DNA of 64,000 nucleotides from an uncultured Gammaproteobacteria bacterium (GTDB lineage Bacteria; Pseudomonadota; Gammaproteobacteria; UBA6002): NCBI GenBank assembly GCA_963817645.1, contig CAWFQC010000014.1, positions 77,228 to 141,227 of the forward strand, read 5' to 3'. Shown piece by piece: positions 20,813 to 30,947 of this stretch (position 1 is its first letter; each line of letters starts with the position of its first letter). The notes under the pieces were generated by a model. It saw only the letters and a program-made list of their open reading frames with translations, ran no database searches and was not told where the DNA came from. The position numbers and the translations under genes were made by a program.

Positions 20813-20989
20813 GGAAATAGAAGAAAATATCTAAACTAGTGCCTCATCAGCATTAAATTTTAGGGTAAATCGATGTTGTGTATTCAGTGCCTCTCCACGC
20901 TAAATTGCAGGGTTAACTTCTCTTTGTGTCTTGTTAACCTAAAATGTAATAGGTCAGGTCCCCCCTCCTCTAAAATGGCACAAATGTCC

Positions 20990-21345
20990 AGTCTTGCGCC
21001 AAATCTGAGTAAAAATTTGCTGAAAATTGCTCAAAAAACACCCTCATCCGGCCTGACGGCCACCTTCTCCCGCAAGCGGGAGAAGGATAAAGAACAAAAA
21101 GGTATTATTCCCTTCTCCCGCTTGCGGGAGAAGGTGGCCGTCAGGCCGGATGAGGGTGATTTTGAGCAATTTTCATCAAACTTATTTGCGGCGCGGGAGA
21201 GGGGGTAGCTGCAAGTGCTACTATGAGGCTGTTTGCTCACTTAAAGACGTCAGTAGATTCCGTGATCAAGCCATCACCGGACGACAGATTGCTTAATTAA
21301 TGGCAGTGCGACATAGTGGCAGCTAATTGACGACAGGCCCTAGTA
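20990..21345. repeat. MITE modules including a near-perfect 66-bp-arm palindrome (21021-21176)
   Basis: The arms are tgaaaattgctcaaaa..caccctcatccggcctgacggccaccttctcccgcaagcgggagaagg and its reverse complement. 21195-21240 matches modules at 14215-14265 and 14515-14560. 21268-21345 is an inverted copy of the 5648-5700 and 10031-10085 end module. Confidence 0.9.
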
Positions 21346-21424
21346 AAGTTTGTCCGATTTTTCAACGGGAACCGCTGAAAAATCATTCACATTCTTAGGC
21401 GAAAATTGGTATAATTTAAGATTA

Positions 21425-21781
21425 GGAGTGAGTTAGACAGTCGCTGTATTTATTTATAGAGGAAAGTCCGGACTCCAAAGAGCAAGATGCCAGGTAATGC
21501 CTGGGGAGTGTGAACTCACGGAAAGTGCCACAGAAAACAAACCGCCAATTGAAATGTTATTTCCTTGGTAAGGGTGAAAAGGTGCGGTAAGAGCGCACCG
21601 CGCTGGTGGTAACATCAGTGGCAGGGCAAACCCCATCTGGAGCAAGACCAAGTAGAAATCCACGCTATTTGCAAAACGCTGCTCGCGTTTAGGATTTGGG
21701 TAGGTTGCAAAGAGGTGTGTGGTGACATACGCCCAAGATAAATGACTGTTCATGACAGAATCCGGCTTATCGACTCACTCC
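21425..21781 (+). ncRNA. rnpB: RNase P RNA, bacterial type A
   Basis: Universal elements are present in order: GAGGAAAGTCCGG, CACAGAAAACA, GGTAAGGGTGAAA, GGTGCGGTAAGAGCGCACC, GGCAGGGCAAACCCCA, ACAGAATCCGGCTTA. The P1 stem pairs ggagtgagt (21425-) with actcactcc (-21781). Confidence 0.95.
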
Positions 21782-22059
21782 TAATCACCCTCCTTTTCTT
21801 CTTGGCCTTTTTCATAACTCAAGCTCAGAAATAGTTGAATAAGATTCAAATGAATTTTAGCATGAGGGCAATATCCTTTTTTTATTCGATAAATTGTCTT
21901 GGTAGTCACTCCCAACATTTCTGCTATCTGTTTTACACTGTAATCTTGCTCTAAAATCAAGCTCTCAATAATTTCTCTTGCAGTACCCGGTATCTTCCAC
22001 TTCATACAACCCCCATAGCCACATGCTAAACGTGAACATTTAAAAAAATTAGGAAACAT
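21781..22059 (-). CDS. Small helix-turn-helix protein
   Basis: YSVKQIAEMLGVTTKTIYRIKKG is a typical HTH. The true start may be the internal MKWKIPG (22005). Confidence 0.5.
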   Translation of the reverse strand: MFPNFFKCSRLACGYGGCMKWKIPGTAREIIESLILEQDYSVKQIAEMLGVTTKTIYRIKKGYCPHAKIHLNLIQLFLSLSYEKGQEEKEGD

Positions 22060-22232
22060 TTAATTCGAAGGATTATTTCGATTTATTTAGGAAATATAAC
22101 CAAATATTGAGGGGTTGGCACAAGAGCAAATAGAAGTAATTACTGTGGGATATGGCTTACACGAAGGCAACACGTTGTCAAAGTTAACATTTAATCCTCA
22201 TGCTTCCTTTTTGGCTAACGCAGTGTCATAAT

Positions 22233-22257
22233 ATGGAATAAAGTGGTTAAAAGTGGG
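22233..22257 (+). promoter_or_regulatory. Candidate MraZ operator: three direct (A/G)TGG(A/T/G) repeats at 10-bp spacing
   Basis: ATGGAataaaGTGGTtaaaaGTGGG ends 13 nt upstream of the mraZ start. E. coli MraZ is reported to bind three TGGGN repeats with 5-nt spacers in the Pmra region. Confidence 0.45.
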
Positions 22258-22269
22258 AGATAGACCCTT

Positions 22270-22722
22270 TTGTTTAGAGGCATAAATGCGGTCAATCTTG
22301 ATGTTAAAGGGCGGATGGCAATCCCAGTTCGTTATCGTCCTTTGATCGAACAAGCAGATAATCAATTGATTGTGACTATTGACACTGAAGACCCCTGTCT
22401 CTTGCTTTATACACTTCCCGAATGGGTATTACTCGAAAAAAAAATTGAAAACTTACCTTCATATAATCGAGCTGCTCGTCGAGTGCAGCGGTTATTAATT
22501 GGTCATGCTACTGAAATGGAGTTGGATGCAAATGGACGTATTCTACTTCCATCACTTTTACGGGAGTATGCGCAGCTGGATAAACAGATCATCCTGGTAG
22601 GACAAGGGAAAAAATTTGAAATTTGGTCGAATATTCAGTGGCAAGAAGGCCGAAACGACTGGATAACAGGGGCCGCGGGGGATAAAGAATTTCCAACTGA
22701 AATTTTGCAGTTAGCAATATAA
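22270..22722 (+). CDS. mraZ: Transcriptional regulator MraZ
   Basis: MFRGINAVNLDVKGRMAIPVRYR and a second SpoVT-AbrB half (DANGRILLPSLLREYA). TTG start. Confidence 0.9.
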   Translation: MFRGINAVNLDVKGRMAIPVRYRPLIEQADNQLIVTIDTEDPCLLLYTLPEWVLLEKKIENLPSYNRAARRVQRLLIGHATEMELDANGRILLPSLLREYAQLDKQIILVGQGKKFEIWSNIQWQEGRNDWITGAAGDKEFPTEILQLAI

Positions 22723-22724
22723 CC

Positions 22725-23654
22725 ATGAAGGATTATCATCAACCTGTTCTTTTGCAGGAAGTTATTCAGTTTCTAGATATAAAGCCTGATGGCATTTATA
22801 TCGATGCGACATTTGGTCGTGGTGGACATGCTACAGAAATTTTACATCGATTGGGGCAAAATGGATTTTTGTTAGCAATCGACAAAGACCCTGATGCTGT
22901 TTTTTATGCTAGGGAGAATTTTAAGTGCTTTGAAAATTTTAGGATAAAACAAGGATCGTTTAATATGTTACAGACATTTGCAAATGAATTTAGGTTGATA
23001 GGTAGAGTCAACGGTATATTGCTTGATTTAGGCGTCTCATCGCCTCAGCTTGATGACCCTTCTCGAGGTTTTAGTTTCTTACAAGATGGCCCTTTAGATA
23101 TGAGAATGGATCCTCAAGCGCCACTAGATGCTGCAACCTGGATAAATCGAGCTAGTATGGACGAGATTGTTAAAGTGCTCCAAGAATATGGCGAAGAACG
23201 TTACGCAAGGCGCATTGCCAAAGCAATCGTCTTGGAAAGCAAAAAGGAGCCTATAATAAGGACCAAGCGGTTGGCAGATATTGTTGCAAAGGCAAATCCG
23301 GCTTGGGAGCGATACAAGCATCCAGCAACCCGTACTTTTCAAGCGATACGCATTTATATCAATCAAGAACTCCAAGATTTAAAAACTTGCCTTGATCAAT
23401 GCCTTTCAGTTCTGGCGCTGGGAGGAAGGTTTGCTGTGATTAGCTTTCATTCTTTAGAAGATCGATTAGTGAAAAGCTTTATTCAACAGCAACAACGTGG
23501 TGGAAATATCCCTCGAGACCTTCCTCTTACTCAGAAGCAATCTTCTCCCAATCTCAAAAGAGTTGCCTGGGGAGTTAAAGCTAGTGATGCGGAGATAAAG
23601 AACAACCCTCGATCAAGAAGTGCCATTTTGAGAGTTGCGGAGAAATTAAAATGA
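22725..23654 (+). CDS. rsmH: 16S rRNA (cytosine1402-N4)-methyltransferase RsmH
   Basis: HQPVLLQEV...YIDATFGRGGHA...LLDLGVSSPQLDDPSRGFSF...DMRMD...FHSLEDR. Confidence 0.95.
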   Translation: MKDYHQPVLLQEVIQFLDIKPDGIYIDATFGRGGHATEILHRLGQNGFLLAIDKDPDAVFYARENFKCFENFRIKQGSFNMLQTFANEFRLIGRVNGILLDLGVSSPQLDDPSRGFSFLQDGPLDMRMDPQAPLDAATWINRASMDEIVKVLQEYGEERYARRIAKAIVLESKKEPIIRTKRLADIVAKANPAWERYKHPATRTFQAIRIYINQELQDLKTCLDQCLSVLALGGRFAVISFHSLEDRLVKSFIQQQQRGGNIPRDLPLTQKQSSPNLKRVAWGVKASDAEIKNNPRSRSAILRVAEKLK

Positions 23655-23992
23655 ATACAGCAGTACGAGTTTTAACACAAGGTCGTTTTCAACCGGCAGT
23701 TATCCCATTTTTCATAATTACTCGGCCGCGGCTATTAAACTTGATCTTACTTCTTGCTCTATTTCTATCTGCTTTTGGTGTGATTTATCTTAAAGACTTG
23801 AACAGAAGGTTATTTATTCAGTATCAGGCCCTAGAAACTACCCACGATAAACTTTATGAGGATTGGGGGAAGTTATTGCTTGAACAAAGCACTTGGTCTA
23901 CTCAAGCGCGTGTGCAAAAAATTGCAGAGTGTCGATTGGGTATGAGTCTCCCTTCTCCCAAGGAGGTGGTTGTTTTGAGAATCCATAAATAA
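23651..23992 (+). CDS. ftsL: Cell division protein FtsL
   Basis: Small bitopic protein (TM LLNLILLLALFLSAFGVIYL followed by a coiled coil) between rsmH and ftsI. Confidence 0.8.
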   Translation: MNTAVRVLTQGRFQPAVIPFFIITRPRLLNLILLLALFLSAFGVIYLKDLNRRLFIQYQALETTHDKLYEDWGKLLLEQSTWSTQARVQKIAECRLGMSLPSPKEVVVLRIHK

Positions 23993-24009
23993 CAGATGCG
24001 TGCTAAGAA

Positions 24010-25686
24010 ATGGGTAAACAAGTGGCTAGTCTTTGGCGATTTTATTTTGTTATTCTAATACTATTGTTAGCAACGTTATGCCTTTTTTGGCGCATGGTAG
24101 ATTTAAATATTTTGCAGCGGGGTTTTTTGCTGCAGCAAAGTGATGCCAGAATACTCAGAATTGTTAGTATTTCTGCATACCGAGGAATGATTACCGACAG
24201 GTTTCATCAGCCGCTTGCCATCAGTGCTGGGGTCGATTCTATTTGGATAAATCCAAAATTGTTCGCACCAACTCTTCTACAATTGTCTAAGCTATCAGCA
24301 ATAATTAAAATTCCACTTTCTAAAATTCAAAACAAAACGATTAGAACTACAAAAAAGGAATTTATCTACCTTAAGCGAGGCTTGTCACCTAGCGAGGCGC
24401 AGGCTGTTAAGATCCTGGATATCCCGGGTCTTTTTTTTCAGCATGATTATCACCGTTTTTACCCACAAAGTGAGGTCATGGCGCATGTAATTGGGTTTAC
24501 CAATATAGATGATGAAGGCCAAGAAGGCTTAGAGCTTGCCTATGATACTTGGTTAAGGGGTATACCAGGCAAAAAGAAGGTGGTGAAGGATAGATTAGGA
24601 AACATAATAGCTGATTTAGGGATTATGAGAGAGCCAAAGCATGGAAACAATCTAACACTTAGTATTGACAGCCGAATCCAATATCTAGCTTATGAACAGC
24701 TAAAGGACAATGTTCAAAAATATGCCGCGAAATCGGGTTCTATTGTGGTGCTGGATGTTAAAACCGGTGAAGTGTTGGCAATGGTCAATCAGCCATCTTT
24801 TAATCCAAATATTTTAATAAAATTTAATGATGGCAGGTATCGAAATCGGGCAATGACTGATCTTTTTGAGCCTGGTTCTACTATAAAAGCGTTTACAATA
24901 GCAAGTGCCCTTGAAAGCGGTCATTACCACTTTGGTTCAAAAATAGATACTTCTCCTGGCTGGATCAATCTAAATGGCTATCCTATCAAAGATGATCATA
25001 ACTACGGGGTTATTAACTTAGTTAAAATTTTACAAAAATCCAGCGATGTAGGCGTTGCTAAGGTAATCTTATCTTTGCCTGACCAAAATCTATGGAAATT
25101 TCTTAACAGAGTTGGCTTTGGGGAAAAGACTAATAGTTACTATCCTGGAGAAGCCGCAGGAACTCTAGTTTATCGACCTAAATGGAGTTCCATTGAATTA
25201 GCGACGCTTTCTTTTGGTTATGGAATTGCTGTTACACCTATTCAACTGGCCCAAGCTTATTCTATTATTGCTGCAAATGGTGTAAAAAGACCTGTCTCGT
25301 TATTAAAAATTGATCAACTTTCAGAAGGAAAGAGAGTGCTTAATGCAAAAATTTCTAAGCAAATGCTGCTCATGTTAGAAGCTGTGGTAAACGGTGGAAC
25401 TGGGTCATTGGCTAAGATCCCTGGTTTTCGTGTAGCAGGGAAAACAGGCACTGCATACGTTGCTGGGAAAAATGGCTATGATAAGCAGCATTATTTTTCT
25501 TCATTTGTAGGTATTGCCCCTGTGTCAAATCCTACACTAGTTGTTGCTGTGGTGATTAAAGACCCTAAAGGAGAACAGCATTCAGGTGGATTAGTAGCTG
25601 CGCCTATTTTTGCGCAAGTTATGTCTGGCGCTTTGCGATTATTAAATGTTTCGCCGGATGATTTAGAAGGGGAAATAGAGTCTTGA
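24010..25686 (+). CDS. ftsI: Peptidoglycan D,D-transpeptidase FtsI (PBP3)
   Basis: N-terminal TM segment, SxxK (GSTIKAF), SxN-type (KSSDVG) and KTG (AGKTGTA). Confidence 0.95.
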   Translation: MGKQVASLWRFYFVILILLLATLCLFWRMVDLNILQRGFLLQQSDARILRIVSISAYRGMITDRFHQPLAISAGVDSIWINPKLFAPTLLQLSKLSAIIKIPLSKIQNKTIRTTKKEFIYLKRGLSPSEAQAVKILDIPGLFFQHDYHRFYPQSEVMAHVIGFTNIDDEGQEGLELAYDTWLRGIPGKKKVVKDRLGNIIADLGIMREPKHGNNLTLSIDSRIQYLAYEQLKDNVQKYAAKSGSIVVLDVKTGEVLAMVNQPSFNPNILIKFNDGRYRNRAMTDLFEPGSTIKAFTIASALESGHYHFGSKIDTSPGWINLNGYPIKDDHNYGVINLVKILQKSSDVGVAKVILSLPDQNLWKFLNRVGFGEKTNSYYPGEAAGTLVYRPKWSSIELATLSFGYGIAVTPIQLAQAYSIIAANGVKRPVSLLKIDQLSEGKRVLNAKISKQMLLMLEAVVNGGTGSLAKIPGFRVAGKTGTAYVAGKNGYDKQHYFSSFVGIAPVSNPTLVVAVVIKDPKGEQHSGGLVAAPIFAQVMSGALRLLNVSPDDLEGEIES

Positions 25687-27164
25687 AAATAAGTCAATTA
25701 GTAAAAGGTATGACATTGATTTCTGATGAACAAGATGCTTTTATCACTGGCCTTTGTAGTGATAGCAGGCAGATACAAAGAGGTAATTGTTTTTTTGCAC
25801 TCAAGGGCATGCGTCAAGATGGCCGCGATTTTATTCCTGAGGCAGTGGAAAAGGGGGCAAGTGTTGTTATTGTGGATGATATTGCGTCCTATACTGGGCA
25901 CTTATCTGTTCCTGTCATACACCTTCCCCAATTATCTTGCCAATTAGGAGAAATAGCAGCAAGGTTCTATCAACGGCCTGCTGATGATCTTACGATGATT
26001 GGCGTTACTGGCACCAATGGTAAAACCTCCACTTCTCAATATATTGCAATGGCATTACAAATGGCCAGGAAAAATTGTGGCGTTATTGGGACACTTGGCT
26101 ATGGCTTTCCCAATGATTTATTACCTACTGCCCATACAACTTCAGATGCCCTTACATTGCAAAAACAGCTATCAGAATTATTCAAGCGTGGAGCTCAAGC
26201 TGTGGCGATGGAAGTATCCTCTCATGCACTTGAACAACATCGAACTGAGGCAGTGGCATTTGACCTTGCTATTTTTACTAATCTAACACGAGAGCACCTT
26301 GATTTTCATGGCAACATGGAAAACTATGCAGCAGCCAAGAAAAAACTATTTTATTCCAAAGGACTAAAACAAGCTATCATCAACATCGATGATCCTTTCG
26401 GGTTAGCCCTAGCCCAAGAGCTCAAAGACCAGATCTCTACTTATTGTTATAGTTTACAGCCCGTGGTGAATATCTCCTTACCTATGATCAAAGCTCATCA
26501 TATAAATTTAAATAGCAAAGGGATGAGTGCAAAGATTAATACTCCTTGGGGTGAAGGGCAATTAAAAAGCCGCTTGCTAGGTAGGTTTAATTTAAGCAAT
26601 CTATTGGCCGTTCTCACCGCGCTATTAATATTAGATCTTCCATTTGACACCGCTCTTGAATATATTTCAAATTTACAGACTGTTCCTGGAAGAATGCAGG
26701 TTTTTGGGGGAGGGAAATTACCTCTTGTTGTAGTGGATTATGCACATACCCCTGATGCCCTTATGCAAGTTTTATTGGCTCTTCAAGAACATGCCCAAGG
26801 AACGTTGTGGTGTTTATTTGGTTGCGGTGGAGATCGGGATAGAGGTAAGAGGCCATTGATGGGGCAGATTGCCGAACGCTATTCAGACCAGTTAATTATT
26901 ACAGATGATAATCCCCGAACTGAAGATCCTAACAAAATTGTTGCCGAGATTATGACTGGATTGCTTTGTCCTTGGGCATCAGAAATAGAGCACGATCGAG
27001 GTGCTGCCATTGCACATGTAATTAGTTGTGCCCAGGCAGGTGACGTGATATTAGTAGCAGGTAAAGGGCATGAAACTTATCAGATTATTGGAGAAGAGAA
27101 GATACCTTTTAATGATAGCGAGCATATTGCAGCTCAATTACGTCTTAAATCAAAAAATAGCTAG
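25683..27164 (+). CDS. murE: UDP-N-acetylmuramoyl-L-alanyl-D-glutamate--2,6-diaminopimelate ligase
   Basis: GVTGTNGKTS P-loop, HALEQHR, DYAHTPDAL, and a DNPR motif (ITDDNPRTEDP) typical of meso-DAP-adding MurE. Confidence 0.95.
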   Translation: MKISQLVKGMTLISDEQDAFITGLCSDSRQIQRGNCFFALKGMRQDGRDFIPEAVEKGASVVIVDDIASYTGHLSVPVIHLPQLSCQLGEIAARFYQRPADDLTMIGVTGTNGKTSTSQYIAMALQMARKNCGVIGTLGYGFPNDLLPTAHTTSDALTLQKQLSELFKRGAQAVAMEVSSHALEQHRTEAVAFDLAIFTNLTREHLDFHGNMENYAAAKKKLFYSKGLKQAIINIDDPFGLALAQELKDQISTYCYSLQPVVNISLPMIKAHHINLNSKGMSAKINTPWGEGQLKSRLLGRFNLSNLLAVLTALLILDLPFDTALEYISNLQTVPGRMQVFGGGKLPLVVVDYAHTPDALMQVLLALQEHAQGTLWCLFGCGGDRDRGKRPLMGQIAERYSDQLIITDDNPRTEDPNKIVAEIMTGLLCPWASEIEHDRGAAIAHVISCAQAGDVILVAGKGHETYQIIGEEKIPFNDSEHIAAQLRLKSKNS

Positions 27165-27172
27165 GATTATTT

Positions 27173-28513
27173 ATGCAATTAAGTGAACTAGCGGAACTTT
27201 TAAATACCAAATTGAAGGGTCAGAATGCCGTTATCTCTTCAATAACCCATGACACGCGAGAACTAGTTCCTGGGCAATTGTATATTGCAATTAAGGGGCA
27301 CCAGTTTGATGGACATGATTTTTTGCAAGCAGCTATCGAAAAGCAGGCGATTGGTGCTATTGTTTCAAAGGATCTAAACCTGGCTATTCCCACCATTCAA
27401 GTTTCAGATACCCGACTGGCTTTAGGTAAAATAGCAGCTAACCATCGAAGCGCCTTTGACCTTCCTGTTATTGCAGTCACAGGGAGTTGTGGAAAAACGA
27501 CTATTAAGAGCATGCTTGCCAGTATTTTAAATCAAATGGGTTCTACTCTCTCACCAGTCAAGTCATTTAATAATGACATCGGCGTGCCCTTGACCTTGCT
27601 CCAGTTAAACGCACAGCATCAATATGCTGTGATTGAAATGGGGGCTAACCATCCAAATGAAATAGGCTATTTAAGTTCACTTGCTAAACAGAATGTAGCG
27701 GTGGTAAGTAATGTGGCTCCAGCACATTTAGCGGGGTTTGGCAGTTTGGTTGGTGTGGCAGATGCCAAGGGTGAGATCTATGAAGCGCTCCCACATGATG
27801 GGATAGCTATTATCAATAGCGATGACGAATTTGCAGGCTACTGGCAATCTAAAATTAAAAACCGCAGTAGCATTACTTTTGGAATTCGGTCAAAGGCTGA
27901 TGTTAGCGCACAGAACATAATCTTAAGCAGTGAAGGAACGCCAATATTTAATTTAATTTATCCTGATGGAAGGGCCTTAATTCATTTGCCTCTTCTTGGC
28001 ATGCACAATGTAATGAATGCCTTAGCATCAGTTGCAGCAAGTTATGCAGTAGGAGCCACTAAGGATGCATTAATACAGGGCTTAAGCAAACTAAATCCTG
28101 TGGGCAAAAGATTAACGAAATATAAGGGACTGCATGATTCCGTTATTATTGACGATTCATACAATGCTAATCCTCTTTCTGTTTCCGCGGCTCTTGAAAT
28201 ATTAGCTCATTACAAAGGCGAAAGAATACTGGTATTAGGAGATATGGCAGAACTAGGTTCGAAGGAAGAATACTTCCATGTAGAAGTTGGAAAAAAAGCA
28301 AAAAATTTAGGGATCAATAAGTTGTATGCGTTTGGCAGGTTATCAAAACATACCGTTGATGCGTTTGGTAAAAATAGCTTTTATTTTCAAGATCAAGAAA
28401 GTTTAATTGCAACATTAAAAAGTGATTTACATTCTAGCACTATTATCTTAGTCAAAGGTTCACGTGCCTTGCGAATGGAAAATATAGTACAAGCTCTCAT
28501 TTGGGAAAATTAA
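27173..28513 (+). CDS. murF: UDP-N-acetylmuramoyl-tripeptide--D-alanyl-D-alanine ligase
   Basis: AVTGSCGKTT, EMGANHPNEI, DDSYNANPLS. Confidence 0.95.
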   Translation: MQLSELAELLNTKLKGQNAVISSITHDTRELVPGQLYIAIKGHQFDGHDFLQAAIEKQAIGAIVSKDLNLAIPTIQVSDTRLALGKIAANHRSAFDLPVIAVTGSCGKTTIKSMLASILNQMGSTLSPVKSFNNDIGVPLTLLQLNAQHQYAVIEMGANHPNEIGYLSSLAKQNVAVVSNVAPAHLAGFGSLVGVADAKGEIYEALPHDGIAIINSDDEFAGYWQSKIKNRSSITFGIRSKADVSAQNIILSSEGTPIFNLIYPDGRALIHLPLLGMHNVMNALASVAASYAVGATKDALIQGLSKLNPVGKRLTKYKGLHDSVIIDDSYNANPLSVSAALEILAHYKGERILVLGDMAELGSKEEYFHVEVGKKAKNLGINKLYAFGRLSKHTVDAFGKNSFYFQDQESLIATLKSDLHSSTIILVKGSRALRMENIVQALIWEN

Positions 28514-28516
28514 GTT

Positions 28517-29599
28517 ATGTTATTGTGGCTAACAAAATATTTAGAACATCATTGGCATTTTTTTCATGTATTTCAATATCTAACTTTTCGATCAATTCTT
28601 AGCACCTTAACGGCCTTAACTATTTCATTGCTGCTTGGTCCTGTTATGATCAAACGGTTAACCTATTATCAGGTTGGTCAAAATATCAGAAATGATGGTC
28701 CTCAAAGTCATTTAAAAAAATCAGGGACTCCTACTATGGGAGGGGCCTTGATTTTAATTGCTATTGCGATCAGTATTTTTTTATGGGGAAACTTGTCAAA
28801 TGTTTATGTATGGATTGTTTTGCTTGTGACCCTAGGATTTGGGGCAGTTGGTTGGATAGATGATTACCGAAAACTAATACGAAAAAATACCAGAGGTTTG
28901 CCACCCAAATGGAAATTTTTTTGGCAAACATTTATTGCAATAGCTGCCGCAATATTTCTTTACCACATTGCCAAGTTGCCCGTAGAAACGAGGCTAATTG
29001 TTCCTCTTTTTAAAAATATCTTTCTCCCATTGGGGATTTTTTATATTCCCTTTGTCTATTTTGTATTGGTGGGCGCAAGTAACGCAGTTAATTTAACAGA
29101 TGGTTTAGATGGGTTAGCCATTTTACCCACAGTTATGGTAGTAGGTGCCTTAGGTATTTTTTCTTATGCAACCGGTAATTTTCAGTTTGCAAATTACTTA
29201 GGCATTCCTTATATACCAGGCGTTGGAGAAGTATCCGTTTTTTGTGCTGCCTTAGTCGGTGCAGGTTTGGGTTTTCTATGGTTTAACACTTATCCTGCTC
29301 AAGTTTTTATGGGGGATGTAGGCGCCCTTGGGCTTGGTGCAGCACTTGGCATCGTCGCGGTAGTTGTTCGTCAGGAACTTGTGTTGTTGATAATGGGAGG
29401 GGTGTTTGCCATTGAAACAATTTCCGTTATTTTACAAGTGGCATCATTTAAATTAACAGGACGTCGTATTTTTAAAATGGCACCTCTTCATCACCATTTT
29501 GAATTAAAAGGTTGGCCAGAGCCTAGGGTTATTGTTCGATTTTGGATAATTACCTTTGTATTGGTTCTTAGCGGGTTGGCAACCTTAAAATTGCGGTAG
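28517..29599 (+). CDS. mraY: Phospho-N-acetylmuramoyl-pentapeptide transferase
   Basis: [45 protein letters not shown]. Confidence 0.95.
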   Translation: MLLWLTKYLEHHWHFFHVFQYLTFRSILSTLTALTISLLLGPVMIKRLTYYQVGQNIRNDGPQSHLKKSGTPTMGGALILIAIAISIFLWGNLSNVYVWIVLLVTLGFGAVGWIDDYRKLIRKNTRGLPPKWKFFWQTFIAIAAAIFLYHIAKLPVETRLIVPLFKNIFLPLGIFYIPFVYFVLVGASNAVNLTDGLDGLAILPTVMVVGALGIFSYATGNFQFANYLGIPYIPGVGEVSVFCAALVGAGLGFLWFNTYPAQVFMGDVGALGLGAALGIVAVVVRQELVLLIMGGVFAIETISVILQVASFKLTGRRIFKMAPLHHHFELKGWPEPRVIVRFWIITFVLVLSGLATLKLR

Positions 29600-29606
29600 C
29601 AAGAAT

Positions 29607-30947
29607 ATGAACAACAATTTAAAAGTAGTAGTAGGCCTTGGCAAAACTGGGCTGTCCTGCGTTCGCTATTTGGTTTCACAGGGTGATCAGGTTGCTGTAA
29701 CCGATAGTCGCATGCAGCCACCAGGGTTAAAGGAATTCAAAGATGTCTTTCCAGATGTTCCCTTAAGCTTAGGTAAGTTTGATGAACAACTTCTTAATAA
29801 AGCTTCTGAATTAGTGGTAAGCCCAGGAGTATCTGTGGGAGAACCCAGTATTGCAAAGCAATTAAAAAGGCATATTCCTATTGTTGGAGATATAGAGCTA
29901 TTTGCTAAAGCAACCACTAAGCCGGTAGTGGCTATTACGGGCTCAAATGGTAAGAGTACAGTGACTTCATTGGTAGGGCATTTGGCAAATCAAGCTGGCC
30001 TTAATGTTAAAGTTGGGGGCAATTTAGGGGTGGCTGCTCTCGATTTATTGGATGATTTTAATGCCGATCTCTATATTCTTGAATTATCTAGCTTCCAGCT
30101 TGAAACAACTTTTTCATTGAAATGCTTATCGTCGGTAAATTTGAATATCAGTCCTGATCATATGGACAGGTATCATTGTTTGGAGGAGTATATTAATGCC
30201 AAGTTGCGCGTTTATCAGAACTGCCAGAATCCTATCATCAACCTAGATGATCCCCAAAGCTATAAATCTTTTAATTTTAAAAACCAGACTGTTGGTTTTA
30301 CCTTGCATGAACCTCTTGAAGGGATGTATGGGCTTCGTCAGGTTTCTGGGGAAACCTATTTGGCGTTGGGGGAAAAAAATTTGTGTAGGGCAAAAGATCT
30401 AACCCTGAAGGGATATCATCAATATGCAAATGTGTTGGCTGCATTGGCCATAGGTAGGGCTATTGGATTGTCGTTAGATTCAATGTTAAGGGCTCTGCCT
30501 TCTTTTAAAGGGTTGCCTCATCGTTGCCAATGGGTTGCAAAAATAAACGATATTGATTGGTACAATGATTCTAAGGCAACTAATGTTGGATCAACTATAG
30601 CAGCTATTGAAGGGCTAGGATCGGAAATAAAGGGAAAGATAGTATTATTGGCAGGAGGGCTAGGAAAAAATGCCGATTTCTCTAAGCTCTATCATCCTGT
30701 TGCCAAATATGTCAGAACCTTAGTGCTATATGGAAAGGACAAAGACCATATTGCTGCCCCCTTAAATGGGGCGACCTCGGTACTGTTTGCAAAAGACTTG
30801 CCAGGTGCTGTCAATGTCGCTAAAGAAAATGCTATGAGGGGGGATGCGGTCATTCTTTCGCCCGCGTGTGCAAGCTTTGACATGTTTCGTGATTTTGAAC
30901 ATCGTGGAGAGGTGTTTATGAACATTGTTCGTGAAATTGCCTCTTGA
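29607..30947 (+). CDS. murD: UDP-N-acetylmuramoylalanine--D-glutamate ligase
   Basis: VVVGLGKTGLS, AITGSNGKST, LELSSFQLE, NDSKATNVGS. Confidence 0.95.
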   Translation: MNNNLKVVVGLGKTGLSCVRYLVSQGDQVAVTDSRMQPPGLKEFKDVFPDVPLSLGKFDEQLLNKASELVVSPGVSVGEPSIAKQLKRHIPIVGDIELFAKATTKPVVAITGSNGKSTVTSLVGHLANQAGLNVKVGGNLGVAALDLLDDFNADLYILELSSFQLETTFSLKCLSSVNLNISPDHMDRYHCLEEYINAKLRVYQNCQNPIINLDDPQSYKSFNFKNQTVGFTLHEPLEGMYGLRQVSGETYLALGEKNLCRAKDLTLKGYHQYANVLAALAIGRAIGLSLDSMLRALPSFKGLPHRCQWVAKINDIDWYNDSKATNVGSTIAAIEGLGSEIKGKIVLLAGGLGKNADFSKLYHPVAKYVRTLVLYGKDKDHIAAPLNGATSVLFAKDLPGAVNVAKENAMRGDAVILSPACASFDMFRDFEHRGEVFMNIVREIAS

